The notes under the pieces were generated by a model that was given only the letters and a program-made list of their open reading frames with translations, had not been told where the DNA came from and did not search any database. From assembly GCA_025358085.1 (NCBI GenBank), contig JANYKT010000122.1:8323-72322 (forward strand): DNA of 64,000 bases, written 5' to 3'. The stretch's first letter is position 1. Every line of letters begins with the position of its first letter. The stretch comes from Deltaproteobacteria bacterium (GTDB lineage Bacteria > Myxococcota > Myxococcia > Myxococcales > 40CM-4-68-19). Both the position numbers and the translations under genes were made by a program. Shown piece after piece: positions 45,226 through 55,220 of the stretch.

Positions 45226-47037
45226 ATGGCGACAACTCCGTACCTCGTCCTGGCGCGCAAATATCGGCCCCAGAAGTTTTCCGACCTCACCGGGCAGGAG
45301 CATGTTGTCCGCACGCTCGTCAACGCTCTCAAGGGCGGGCGGGTCGCTCATGCGTTCCTCTTTACCGGCCCGCGCGGCTGCGGCAAGACCACTCTGGCTC
45401 GCATCCTCGCGCGTGCTCTCAACTGCCAGGCGCTCGAGGGCCCGAATCCGGAACCGTGCGGCGTCTGCCCGCCTTGTCTCGACATCGCGGCCGGCACCGA
45501 TGTGGACGTGCAGGAGATCGACGCCGCTTCCAACAATGGCGTGGATGACGTGCGCGCGCTGCGTGAGGCCGCGAGGTACCTGCCGGCGCGCGACCGCTAC
45601 AAGATCTACATCGTCGATGAAGTGCACATGCTCTCGGGCGCGGCCTTCAATGCGCTGCTCAAGACCCTGGAGGAGCCGCCCGGTCACATCAAGTTCCTCC
45701 TCGCCACCACCGACCCGCAGAAGTTGCCCGCCACCATCCTGTCGCGCGTGCAGCGTCACAACATCCAGCTGGTTCCGCTGGGGAAGATCGTCACGCGGCT
45801 CCGCGAAATCGCCCTGGCCGAGCAGGTGGCCGTGTCCGACGGCGCGCTGGCACTCACCGCGCGGCAGGCACAGGGGTCGATGCGCGACGCGCTTTCACTT
45901 CTGGATCAGCTGTTCTCGGCGCACGATCCGGCGCAGGCTTCAAACGACGAGATCAGCGAGACAGAGGCCGCAGCCACGCTGGGCGCGCTCGATCGCGCGG
46001 TGGTGAGCGAGACGGTCGCGGCAGTGCTCAGGCGCGATGCGGCCGCCGCGCTCAATGGCGTGGTGCGTGCGTACGAGCAGGGCGCGGATTTCAAGCGGCT
46101 CGCGGAGGAGCTCGCCTCGCAGGCGCGCAACCTGGTGCTGGCTTCGCTGCACGGGGTCAAGCAGGACCTGCCCGATCACGAGTTGCGGGCGCTCGCGCTG
46201 GAGGCGAAAGGGCACGACGGCGCCCAGCTCGCGCGCGTGTTCGAGCTTTTGCAGCTGGCGCAGAACGAGGTGGCCGAGGCGGCCAGTCCGCGCCACGCGC
46301 TCGAGGTCGCGCTGCTGCGGGCGGTGCACCTCTCGCCATCGGGCTCGCTGCCGGACCTGGTCGCGCGGCTGGAGAAGTTGTCGGGCGGCGGTGGCGCGGT
46401 GGCGAAGCCGGTGGTGAAGGGCGCGCCGTGGCCCCGCAACGATGGTGCGGCGCTGCGCGTGAGCGAGCGGGAGCCGGCTCCCGACGCGCCGCATCTTCCC
46501 GAGGAGCGACGGGCGCCACTTCCCGTGCCCGACCGCGTCGCTGGGGCTGCCGCGAGCACTCCGGTCCCAGAGATGCCGATGGTGTCGGGGCTCAATCGCG
46601 CTGCCGATCCCGCGGTGCCGCTCGTCCAGCGCTGGCGCATCCTGGTGGAGTCGGTGCGCGCCGCGCGCAAGGCGGGCGCCGCCTCCGCGCTGGAGCACGC
46701 CGTGCCGCGCGCCATCGATGCAAAGGCTATCGCCATCGGGTTCCGCAAAGGCGACGGCCGCGTGCTCATCTTGCAGGACAAGGACACCCGCACAGCGATC
46801 GAGCTCGCCTTCGAGAAGGTGCTCGGCTATCGCGCACCGCTCTTGATCGAGGAGCTTGCTGAGCTGACCGCGCTGTCCGAAGAGCCCAAGCAAAGTCTCG
46901 CGCAACAGAAGCAGACGGCGCGGTCCGAGCGGTCGGGCCAGCGCATCGCGCTCGGGCGCGAGCATCCTGCGGTGAAAGCGGCAATGGAGTTGCTGGGCGG
47001 AGAGATCGAAGACGTCAAGGACCTCGGAGAGGAGTAG
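45226..47037 (+). CDS. dnaX: DNA polymerase III subunit gamma/tau
   Basis: LARKYRPQKFSDLTGQEHV, Walker A GPRGCGKTT, zinc module CGVCPPC, DEVHML. Confidence 0.95.
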   Translation: MATTPYLVLARKYRPQKFSDLTGQEHVVRTLVNALKGGRVAHAFLFTGPRGCGKTTLARILARALNCQALEGPNPEPCGVCPPCLDIAAGTDVDVQEIDAASNNGVDDVRALREAARYLPARDRYKIYIVDEVHMLSGAAFNALLKTLEEPPGHIKFLLATTDPQKLPATILSRVQRHNIQLVPLGKIVTRLREIALAEQVAVSDGALALTARQAQGSMRDALSLLDQLFSAHDPAQASNDEISETEAAATLGALDRAVVSETVAAVLRRDAAAALNGVVRAYEQGADFKRLAEELASQARNLVLASLHGVKQDLPDHELRALALEAKGHDGAQLARVFELLQLAQNEVAEAASPRHALEVALLRAVHLSPSGSLPDLVARLEKLSGGGGAVAKPVVKGAPWPRNDGAALRVSEREPAPDAPHLPEERRAPLPVPDRVAGAAASTPVPEMPMVSGLNRAADPAVPLVQRWRILVESVRAARKAGAASALEHAVPRAIDAKAIAIGFRKGDGRVLILQDKDTRTAIELAFEKVLGYRAPLLIEELAELTALSEEPKQSLAQQKQTARSERSGQRIALGREHPAVKAAMELLGGEIEDVKDLGEE

Positions 47038-47040
47038 CGG

Positions 47041-47364
47041 ATGGCAGGCTTCGACATGAACGCGTTGTTCCAGCAGGCGCAGGCGCTGCAGGAGCAGATG
47101 AAGAAGGCGCAGGAAAACCTTGGCCGCAAGGAGGTCACGGGCACCGCGGGAGGCGGGCTCGTCATCGTCACCGCGAATGGCCGGGGCGAGATCCTCAAGG
47201 TGCAGATCGACAAGCAGGCGGTCGATGCGCGCGACGTTCCCATGCTGGAGGACCTGGTGCTGGCGGCCATCAATGCGGCGCTGCGGGCGGCGCAGGAAGC
47301 GGCTGCCGCAGAGGCAGGTCCGATGGCCCAGCTGCAGAATATGATTCCCGGAATGATGAAGTGA
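47041..47364 (+). CDS. ybaB: YbaB/EbfC nucleoid-associated protein
   Basis: 107 aa. MNALFQQAQALQEQMKKAQENL...GGGLVIVTANGRGEI. Confidence 0.9.
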   Translation: MAGFDMNALFQQAQALQEQMKKAQENLGRKEVTGTAGGGLVIVTANGRGEILKVQIDKQAVDARDVPMLEDLVLAAINAALRAAQEAAAAEAGPMAQLQNMIPGMMK

Positions 47365-47398
47365 TTGCCGCTTTTGCGCTGCACGCCAGCGGTTGGCG

Positions 47399-48004
47399 AT
47401 GACCGTCGATCCCATCGCCCGGCTCACGCTGCTGTTCGCCAGGCTCCCCGGGGTTGGGGAGAAGACGGCGCAGCGGCTCGCGTTCTACGTGCTCAAGTCG
47501 CCCGCAGAGTATGCGAGCGACCTCGCGCAGGCGCTGCTTTTGCTGCGGCAGGAAGTCCGGCTCTGCTCGCAATGCTGCAACCTGACCGCGCAGGACCCGT
47601 GTGCCATCTGCAAGGATCCGCTGCGCGACGCGCGGATGATCTGCGTGGTCGAATCAGTGCCTGACCTGCTCGCGGTCGAGCGCACCCGCGAGTTCCGCGG
47701 CCGCTATCACGTGCTGCACGGCGCCCTTTCGCCGCTCGACGGCATCGGCCCCGATCAGATCAAGCTCAAGGAATTGCTCGCGCGTCTGCACGGCACGGGC
47801 CCCGACGAGAGTGTTCAGGAGGTCATCATTGCCACCGACCCCACCGTCGAGGGAGAGGCGACCGCGCTGTACATCACGCGGCTGGTCAAGCCGCACGGCA
47901 TCCGCGTGACCCGCATCGCGCAGGGGCTTCCCTCCGGCGCCGATCTGGAATACGCCGATCAGATCACGCTTTCACGCGCAATTTCGGGGCGCCGCGAATT
48001 GTAG
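47399..48004 (+). CDS. recR: recombination protein RecR
   Basis: LPGVGEKTAQRLAF (HhH), C4 zinc finger CSQCCNLT..DPCAIC, Toprim EVIIATDPTVEGEATA. Confidence 0.95.
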   Translation: MTVDPIARLTLLFARLPGVGEKTAQRLAFYVLKSPAEYASDLAQALLLLRQEVRLCSQCCNLTAQDPCAICKDPLRDARMICVVESVPDLLAVERTREFRGRYHVLHGALSPLDGIGPDQIKLKELLARLHGTGPDESVQEVIIATDPTVEGEATALYITRLVKPHGIRVTRIAQGLPSGADLEYADQITLSRAISGRREL

Positions 48005-48063
48005 ACTGTCTTTCGAGCCTCTGTTAGCGTCCCCCCGACTCAAAACAGGAAGAGGTCTAGCCG

Positions 48064-48543
48064 ATGCAGCCGCAGATGGTGATGTACGACGAGGAGTTCC
48101 AGCAGATCAGCACGGTCTGCGAGCGCCTCAGCCGCGAGGCGAACGCCAAGGTCGTCTTCCTGGTCGACAAGAACGGCCAGCTCATCGCGTCGGTGGGTGC
48201 CACCGAAAATCTCGACACCACCTCGCTCGCCTCGCTCACCGCGGGCAACATCGCGGCCACCGGCGGCCTCGCCAAGCTCATCGGCGAGAAAGAATTCTCG
48301 ATCCTCTTTCACGAGGGCGAGAAGGACAACCTGCACATCAGCATCATCGGCGGACGCGTCATCCTGGTGGTCATCTTCGACTCTCGCTCGTCGCTTGGCC
48401 TGGTCCGCCTCCGGGTCAAGAAGGCGTCGGACGAACTCAATCGCATCTTCGAAGGTCTGATGAAGAAGGTCCTTGTTCCCGGGACCGGCTCGCCCTTCGC
48501 AGAGATCACCGACGACGACATCGACAACCTCTTCAGCGAGTAG
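48064..48543 (+). CDS. mglB: Roadblock/LC7 GTPase-activating protein MglB
   Basis: 159 aa Roadblock/LC7 fold, directly upstream of mglA as in Myxococcus. Confidence 0.9.
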   Translation: MQPQMVMYDEEFQQISTVCERLSREANAKVVFLVDKNGQLIASVGATENLDTTSLASLTAGNIAATGGLAKLIGEKEFSILFHEGEKDNLHISIIGGRVILVVIFDSRSSLGLVRLRVKKASDELNRIFEGLMKKVLVPGTGSPFAEITDDDIDNLFSE

Positions 48544-48559
48544 AAAGAGGCCGCCTTAG

Positions 48560-49147
48560 ATGAGTTTCATCAATTACAGCTCGCGCGAGATCAACTGCAA
48601 GATCGTCTATTATGGACCCGGCCTCTGCGGGAAGACGACGAATCTCCAGTATATCTACGCGAACACGAATCAATCGGCCAAAGGGAAGATGATCTCCCTC
48701 GCCACCGAGACCGAGCGCACGCTTTTCTTCGACTTCCTGCCGCTTTCGCTCGGTGAGATTCGCGGCTTCAAGACGCGCTTCCACCTGTACACCGTGCCGG
48801 GGCAAGTCTTTTACGACGCCTCCCGCAAGCTCATCCTCAAGGGCGTCGACGGCGTGGTCTTCGTGGCCGACTCGCAGATCGAGCGCATGGAGGCCAACAT
48901 CGAGTCGGTCGAAAACCTGCGCATCAACCTGCAGGAGCAGGGGTACGATCTCGACAAGGTCCCCTACGTCATCCAGTACAACAAGCGCGACCTGCCCAAC
49001 GCCGCGCCCATGGAAGAGCTGCAGAACCTGCTCAATCCCAAGAGCGTCCCGCACTTCGAGGCCATCGCGCCCAAGGGCAACGGCGTCTACGAAACACTCA
49101 AGGCCATCGCGCGCCTGATCCTGACCGATCTGCGCCGCGGCACTTGA
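48560..49147 (+). CDS. mglA: Ras-like motility/polarity GTPase MglA
   Basis: [33 protein letters not shown]...[33 protein letters not shown] matches my recollection of M. xanthus MglA. Confidence 0.95.
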   Translation: MSFINYSSREINCKIVYYGPGLCGKTTNLQYIYANTNQSAKGKMISLATETERTLFFDFLPLSLGEIRGFKTRFHLYTVPGQVFYDASRKLILKGVDGVVFVADSQIERMEANIESVENLRINLQEQGYDLDKVPYVIQYNKRDLPNAAPMEELQNLLNPKSVPHFEAIAPKGNGVYETLKAIARLILTDLRRGT

Positions 49148-49244
49148 TCCGGGGACACCAGACGAATTTCCGGCAGGCGGCCGCCGCGATGATGAGGAAG
49201 AAAAATCCTCGAATCGAGCCGCCTCTCACGACATCAGGGGTGGT

Positions 49245-49721
49245 ATGTACAAGAGCCCGAGCCATCTTCCGGAAGCCGCCCGCAAGTCCATCTCCGACAC
49301 CCTGAACGCCCGCCTTTCCGAGGGCCTCGACCTGCACAGCCAGATCAAGGTTGCCCACTGGAACTGCAAGGGCCCGCAGTTCGCGGCGCTCCACCCGCTC
49401 TTCGAGACCTTCGCCATCGCGCTGGCTGATTTCAACGACTCCATCGCCGAGCGCGCCGTGACGCTGGGCGGCCGGGCCTACGGCACCGTGCGCCATGCCG
49501 CCCAGAATTCGAAGCTGCCTGAGTACCCCCAGGACACGACGCGCGACCTCGAGCATGTGAAGCTGCTGGCTGAACGCATCGAGAAGTATCTCGATGGTTC
49601 CAAGGCTGCCCGCGAGGCGGTCGAGGGGCAGAACGACAGCGACACCTCAGACCTCCTGTCCACCATCATCACCGACTTCGAGAAGCACGCCTGGTTCCTG
49701 CGCGCTTCGCTCGAAACCTGA
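49245..49721 (+). CDS. dps: Dps family DNA-protection/ferritin-like protein
   Basis: LNARLSEGLDLHSQIKVAHWNCKGPQFAALHPLFE, with ferroxidase-centre residues in context. Confidence 0.9.
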   Translation: MYKSPSHLPEAARKSISDTLNARLSEGLDLHSQIKVAHWNCKGPQFAALHPLFETFAIALADFNDSIAERAVTLGGRAYGTVRHAAQNSKLPEYPQDTTRDLEHVKLLAERIEKYLDGSKAAREAVEGQNDSDTSDLLSTIITDFEKHAWFLRASLET

Positions 49722-49761
49722 GCCTTCGATTGACAACCCTTGAGCGCGTCAACCACCGCGC

Positions 49762-49992
49762 TTAAGGGTTGATCGGCTTCTCCCCGGGAACCGGCGCGGC
49801 TGAGGCGGGCGCGGCGGGCTCGGTGGGCTCTCCGGTGCACTTCTCGAGCTTGTGCCGGAGCTCGATGACCGTGTTCCAGGCACGATTGCGGTCGAGGTTG
49901 GAGTCGAGTACCGCATTGCGGTAGTGGACCGCTTCGAGGCCCATCACCAGGATCCCGACAAACAGCGAAATTTCGATGACCAGCCGTCTCAT
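49762..49992 (-). CDS. small membrane-anchored hypothetical protein
   Basis: MRRLVIEISLFVGILVMGL anchor followed by a helical segment. The longer ORF to 50250 looks non-coding. Confidence 0.4.
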   Translation of the reverse strand: MRRLVIEISLFVGILVMGLEAVHYRNAVLDSNLDRNRAWNTVIELRHKLEKCTGEPTEPAAPASAAPVPGEKPINP

Positions 49993-50232
49993 CCCATGCC
50001 CCCGGTGAGTGCGGACCCATATCGCATACGCCCGGCCAAGCCAAAAATTTTGCCCGGCGCCCGGTACAGAGTGCGTCGTTGTTGACAAACTGGGTCGTGT
50101 CCGGTGCCGGTACCCGGACAGAAGGCCAACCGTGCAGACTGCCCGGTGCAAGCTCGCAATTGCAGAAGACCAAGAGACCCTGCGCCGGGGAGCGAGCGCA
50201 CTTCGGTCAGATGGAGTACCGTCGTCCCCCCG

Positions 50233-50679
50233 ATGGAAGATCGTCTTCACAAGCTACTGCAGCCGTCGCTCGGCACCGCCCTCGCGGTCAATGCCAACGA
50301 GGCCATCGGCCGCGTCCGCCGCGAGCAGGGTGGCGGCGATCCGGCCGATCCCGACGCGCCGCTCGCGCGCTCGTACGAGCTGGTTCTGTCGAGCTGGGAT
50401 GCGTTCGAGCACGAAACGCTGCCCCGGCTGGTCTATCATCTCGAATCCATCGGAGCGCACCTTCCCCGCTGCGGCGACGTGGTGGTGGCTGCCTTCGACG
50501 GCGACACGCTGCGATTCGTTTTGGCGCGCGACCTGATCCAGCAGGCCTCGCAGGCGCTGGGCGTGCATCCGCTTGATCTGGCCGAGCAGCACGGCACCGG
50601 CGAATCGCGCACCGCGCAGCGGGCAACGCCTCTCCTGCTGACTGGCCCCGACGTCCCGGGCGGAGGTCCTCCGCAGTGA
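50233..50679 (+). CDS. hypothetical protein
   Basis: In-frame ATG (MEDRLHKLLQ...) within ORF 50104..50679. No motif recognised. Confidence 0.4.
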   Translation: MEDRLHKLLQPSLGTALAVNANEAIGRVRREQGGGDPADPDAPLARSYELVLSSWDAFEHETLPRLVYHLESIGAHLPRCGDVVVAAFDGDTLRFVLARDLIQQASQALGVHPLDLAEQHGTGESRTAQRATPLLLTGPDVPGGGPPQ

Positions 50680-50759
50680 ACTCGCCGCCGGTGCTCGTGA
50701 GACGAACTTTGACCCGCTCCATTGCCCGCTTACACTCGTGACGTAGAAGAGGTTTTCTC

Positions 50760-51359
50760 ATGCGAAAGCTTACAGCGCTCGCCATCGGCTCCCTGGTCCT
50801 TTGGGCCGCGCTAGCCGCCGCTGCCGCGGATTTGACAGCAGTCCCGCGAGAGCCCTTCGCCAAGGCGCACGTCTCGATGATGGCGCGCTCGGAAGCCGCA
50901 TCGGATCACGAAGCGCGGATCGCCGAGATCGACGTCTGGGCCGAAGGTTCGCGACTGCGCGCGCTCGTCCGCAATGAACCCAAGTCGGGCGAGTTGTGGG
51001 TCGACGGCCCTGGCGCCGAGCCGCTGCGCCTCCTGGACGGCAAGGTGACCGAGCCGCGCAAGCGCACGCTCGAGGCCGGGCTCAAGGCTGCTTTCGCCAC
51101 TACGCCCTCGCTTACCAGCGCCAACACCGATCGCGTCGCCGGCCACCCCTGCAAAGTGATCAACGAGACGCTGCCCCTTGGGGTCACGCTCTCGCGCTGC
51201 ATCTGGCAAGGCCTTCCTCTCTCGATCGAGCTGAAGGGGCGCGGCTTCAGCTTCAACGCCGCCGCCACGCTGGTCGAAGAAGGCGCGGTCACCGTGGCGG
51301 ACTTGCAGCCTCCCCCCGGCGCGCCCGCCGCCCCGGCCTCGCTCAGCGCCGGCCGGTAA
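50760..51359 (+). CDS. secreted hypothetical protein
   Basis: Signal peptide MRKLTALAIGSLVLWAALAAAAA. Confidence 0.55.
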   Translation: MRKLTALAIGSLVLWAALAAAAADLTAVPREPFAKAHVSMMARSEAASDHEARIAEIDVWAEGSRLRALVRNEPKSGELWVDGPGAEPLRLLDGKVTEPRKRTLEAGLKAAFATTPSLTSANTDRVAGHPCKVINETLPLGVTLSRCIWQGLPLSIELKGRGFSFNAAATLVEEGAVTVADLQPPPGAPAAPASLSAGR

Positions 51360-51391
51360 TTTCGTCAATCCAGCTGCTTCAGGCTTTCCCT

Positions 51392-52273
51392 ATGACGGTG
51401 CAATCCACCCTCGAACTTCCCGTTCTTTCGAGCAAGACGATCCTCATCACTGGCGCGACCAGCGGCATTGGTCTGGAGGCCTCGGTGGTGCTCGCGCGGG
51501 CAGGAGCTCGATTAACGATGATCGGGCGCGATCCGGCCCGGACCGCGGCCGCCGTCGCGCAGGTGAAGGAGCGCGCGGGAGGTTCCAGCAGGGTCGATTC
51601 ATTGCTCTGTGATTTTTCTTCGCAGGCGTCCATTCGCAAGCTGGCTGCGGACTTCAGCGCGAGCCACCAGCGACTTGATATCCTGATCAACAACGCGGGC
51701 GCCGTGAACGTGGAGCGCAGGCTGACCGAAGATGGCATCGAGAGCACCTTTGCGGTCAATCACCTTGGCTATTACTTATTGACACGGCTCCTGCTCAATC
51801 TGCTGGTCAAGAGCGCGCCTTCACGCATCGTCAATGTCGCATCCCAAGGCCATTACAGCGGCACTCTTGACTTTGACGATCTGGGCTTTCAACGCGGCTA
51901 TTCAATCATGAAGGCCTATTCGCGCTCCAAGCTCGGAAACGTGCTCTTCACCCGCCGGCTAGCGCGGGATCTGAAAGAGAAAAGCGTCACGGTCAATGCG
52001 CTCCACCCGGGCGGAGTCGCAACCAACATCTGGAGCGGCGCGCCGGGCTGGGCGAAGCCCCTTCTGGCACTGGCAAAGCGGTTCTTCATGCTGACACCGG
52101 CGCAGGGCGCGGAAACCATCGTTTATCTGGCGACGAGCCCTGCGGTGGAGAAAGTAACCGGACTTTACTTCGACAAGAATCGACCCAAAGAGGCGGCGAA
52201 GCTCGGGCAGGACGATGCGCTCGCCGACCGTCTCTGGGCGGAGAGCGCGCGGCTCGTCAAGCTGGAGGCGTAA
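51392..52273 (+). CDS. SDR family oxidoreductase
   Basis: TGATSGIGLE cofactor motif, NNAG, YSRSK (YxxxK). Confidence 0.85.
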   Translation: MTVQSTLELPVLSSKTILITGATSGIGLEASVVLARAGARLTMIGRDPARTAAAVAQVKERAGGSSRVDSLLCDFSSQASIRKLAADFSASHQRLDILINNAGAVNVERRLTEDGIESTFAVNHLGYYLLTRLLLNLLVKSAPSRIVNVASQGHYSGTLDFDDLGFQRGYSIMKAYSRSKLGNVLFTRRLARDLKEKSVTVNALHPGGVATNIWSGAPGWAKPLLALAKRFFMLTPAQGAETIVYLATSPAVEKVTGLYFDKNRPKEAAKLGQDDALADRLWAESARLVKLEA

Positions 52274-52503
52274 AGCGGCCCTGAAGCAATATCGACCTTC
52301 CGCGCGAGGGGATTGATCTGCCACACACCGGGCGAAAAGTCTGACCGGCCCCGCCAGGCCGCTCGGGCCAACAACTCCAGTTGATCGCGCAGCCAAATCG
52401 GCCGGGTCACGACTTCCAAAACACAAACGCCCCGGAGCTCGCCCGAGCTTGCGGGCTCGGATGTTGCTCGCGGGGCGCTCGCGTCGTGCAGCGGGTCTTG
52501 AGA

Positions 52504-52776
52504 CTACAGGCCGGACTTCAGTTCCTTCGCCGGCTTGAAGCCGACGGTCTTCGACGCCTTGATCTTGATCTCGGCGCCCGTCTGCGGGTTGCGGCCCTTG
52601 CGCGCCTTGCGCGAGCGCACGGTCCAGGTGCCGAAGCCCGGGTACGAGAACCGGCCTTCCTTTTTGATGACCTTGCCCACGGTCGTGAAGAGCGCGTCCA
52701 CCATCTCGGCGGCGGCCTTCTTGGTCATTCCCTCGCCCTGCTTCGCCACGGTCTGGATCAGGTCTGCCTTCGTCAT
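52504..52776 (-). CDS. hup: HU family DNA-binding protein
   Basis: MTKADLIQTVA...FGTWTVRSRKARKGRNPQTGAEIKI. 90 aa. Confidence 0.9.
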   Translation of the reverse strand: MTKADLIQTVAKQGEGMTKKAAAEMVDALFTTVGKVIKKEGRFSYPGFGTWTVRSRKARKGRNPQTGAEIKIKASKTVGFKPAKELKSGL

Positions 52777-53005
52777 TGTCGCTCTCCTTTAGGTTCCGCT
52801 GCACGGCGATCGCGCCGGACCGCTCCAGGCTTCACCCGGAGCACACGGAATGCGCCCAGACCGCTACCAGAGCCGTTCCGCGCTGTCAACCGCGATCCAC
52901 TATTTGTCGCATGATCGAATCGTTACACCCACCACGGCTAGTGGATCGGCCCGGCTGCACGAGGAAGGGGATGGCCGCGCAAGGGTTCGGCCCCATACTT
53001 GATCA

Positions 53006-54472
53006 ATGCGCACGCTCGCACTGTTGCTGACGGCCGTTCTCGGCTGCGGACCGCGCGTCGCCAGTCCCCGCGAGCTCATTCCCGCCTCGCTCTTCGTGCG
53101 CGCGCCGCTGCCCGCGGCGGCGGAGGCCCTCGCCGATGGCTCGCGGCAGCGCCCGTTCCACACCATCGCCGACGCGCTGCGGGCCGCGCCGAGTGGCGCG
53201 TTGATCCTGCTGGACGAGGGCGTCTACCGCGAGCGGCTCCTGATCACGCGGGCTGTGGTGCTTCTGGGCAGAGGCCCGGGACGCACACGCATCGTTGGCG
53301 GCCCAGGACAAGGCGCGCAGGCGCCGCTGGTCGAGGTCCGGGCGGCCGACCACGTCGAACTGCGCGGGCTGGCGCTCGAGAGAGGCAGAATTGGACTGCT
53401 GCTTCACGCTGGCGCGGGGGTGAGGCTGCATGACGTCGGGCTGCGGCAGTTCTCCGAGGCGGCCATTGTCGGACAGGGAGCGCAGCTCGTCCTGCGCGGG
53501 ACCGAGGTGCTGGACATCGGTCCCTCGCGGGAAGCGCGTGGCATCGAGCTGACCGGGGGCACCCTCGACGCGCTCTCGGTCACGATGCGCGGCGCGGGCC
53601 GGCGCGCCTTCATCCTGCGCGGCACGCGAGCGCTGCTCGCAGACGTCGACGTGGCCGGTTCAATGGTCTCGGCAGTGCAGGCGGTGGACGGCGCCGACGT
53701 CCGCGTCGTGCGCGGCGTCTTCGAGCACATGGGCGGCGCGGCCCTCTATGCCGGCGGGGCGCGGCTGTCGATCGAGGGCGCCACCATCGCCGGAAACGAA
53801 TACGGCGTGATTGGATTTCGCGGCGCCGAAGTCGAGGTGCTCGACTCTGAGCTGCTCGATCACTTGGTCGCGGCGGTGGCGCTGGTCGGGTCGCGCGGGA
53901 CCGTGCAGCGCTGCCACATCCGGCACGGTGGCAGCGAGGGTGGGATCGCGATCACGAACGGCAGCGCGCCCATTTCGCTGGTCGACAATCGCATCCAGGA
54001 GCCGGGCCCGATGGGGCTGCACATCACCGAGTCCAGCGTCCGTGCGCGCGGCAACACCATCACCGGCGCGCGGCTCGACTGGCAGCAGGATCTCGGCGAC
54101 GCCATCTTCGCCATCAACTCAGATGTAGAGATCGACCAGAACATGCTGCGCGGCAACGCCGGCAATGGGATCTTGACCTTGAGCTCCAAACTCCGGCTCA
54201 CTGGCAACGGCCTCCTCGACAATGGACGCGCCGGACTGTTGCTGCTGAATCGCTCAACGGCGGTGGCGCGGGGCAACCTCTTCGCGCGCAATGCCGCGGC
54301 CGGCGTACAGATCGCCGAAACCTCGCACGCCTCGCTGGCCAGGAATCGCTTCGGGACGAATCCGCAATTTGACATCGACGTGGTGTGCGGCGCTGGCGGC
54401 GGCGGAGCGGTCAGCATCGAGGGCGGCAACACCTTCGCGGGCCCATTCGCGCGCGAGCACGTCTGCCCCTGA
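53006..54472 (+). CDS. right-handed parallel beta-helix repeat lipoprotein
   Basis: Lipobox LLTAVLGC. Reiterated about 22-aa turns (GNAGNGILTL..., DNGRAGLLLL..., RNAAAGVQIA...). Confidence 0.7.
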   Translation: MRTLALLLTAVLGCGPRVASPRELIPASLFVRAPLPAAAEALADGSRQRPFHTIADALRAAPSGALILLDEGVYRERLLITRAVVLLGRGPGRTRIVGGPGQGAQAPLVEVRAADHVELRGLALERGRIGLLLHAGAGVRLHDVGLRQFSEAAIVGQGAQLVLRGTEVLDIGPSREARGIELTGGTLDALSVTMRGAGRRAFILRGTRALLADVDVAGSMVSAVQAVDGADVRVVRGVFEHMGGAALYAGGARLSIEGATIAGNEYGVIGFRGAEVEVLDSELLDHLVAAVALVGSRGTVQRCHIRHGGSEGGIAITNGSAPISLVDNRIQEPGPMGLHITESSVRARGNTITGARLDWQQDLGDAIFAINSDVEIDQNMLRGNAGNGILTLSSKLRLTGNGLLDNGRAGLLLLNRSTAVARGNLFARNAAAGVQIAETSHASLARNRFGTNPQFDIDVVCGAGGGGAVSIEGGNTFAGPFAREHVCP

Positions 54473-54859
54473 TCGCCTCCTGGCTGCCAGGCTCGCTGAA
54501 GGCCTGAACAGACGCGGCCTCGGACGAGCGGCAACCCTGGTCTTCCTGCCGACCGCGCTTTTCGGTTTGTTTTCGCCCTGGTCAATTTCTGGCCCCCGCC
54601 CGACGCTGTCTTCGGCTGGGGCGGCGACCGACTCTTCAACCTCTGGACTCTCGCGCTTGTCTGGCGCCGCCTGGGTCTCTCGATGCCGCGCTCGATCTGA
54701 CGCGGCCTCGCCGGGTGCTGGCGCTGACGACCGCGCTGTCCGGACGAGCTGCGCGCCTCAAAGCGACTCCATGCTGTGCGCCTGCTACGCGAGCCTCGAT
54801 GGCGCCGTGCCCTGCTCTTCGATGCGCGCGCACCGGCACCATCCAAGCCTGAGAGAAGA

Positions 54860-55174
54860 ATGTCGCTGCGGCTCGATCGCGACACGCGTTGGGGAGTGCG
54901 CAAAGGTCCCCGCGGCCCCGAACTGGATCTGCGCGCGACTGCCCCGGGTGCACTGGAGGTCCGCGAAGTGGACCGCTGCCACCTGCGCCAGACCTTGCGC
55001 TTTCCATGGCTGCCGCCGCTCGTGCGCGATCTCCCCCCGCAAGAAAGTGAGCTGCGCGGCGCGCGTTTCGCTGCTGGCGACCTGATCCTCCACCGCGAGC
55101 TGCGGCAAGCGGTGTTCCGGCTGCCTTTGCGGCTGCGGCCCGGCGTCGAACTCGAGGTCGTCTGCTCGCCGTGA
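54860..55174 (+). CDS. hypothetical protein
   Basis: 104-aa GC3-rich ORF upstream of pssA. No motif recognised. Confidence 0.25.
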   Translation: MSLRLDRDTRWGVRKGPRGPELDLRATAPGALEVREVDRCHLRQTLRFPWLPPLVRDLPPQESELRGARFAAGDLILHRELRQAVFRLPLRLRPGVELEVVCSP

Positions 55175-55220
55175 TCTTCGCGGCATCCGGACATGGCAGG
55201 TCATTTGGCTGCGTGCTAGC

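Noticed and set aside
54500-54700. Protein-like text FALVNFWPPPDAVFGWGGDRLFNLWTLALVWRRL in the gap between the beta-helix gene and pssA.
   Set aside because: The 67-codon open frame has no ATG, GTG or TTG until four codons before its stop, and I could not place the text in any family. It is at most a gene remnant, so it is not reported as a feature.
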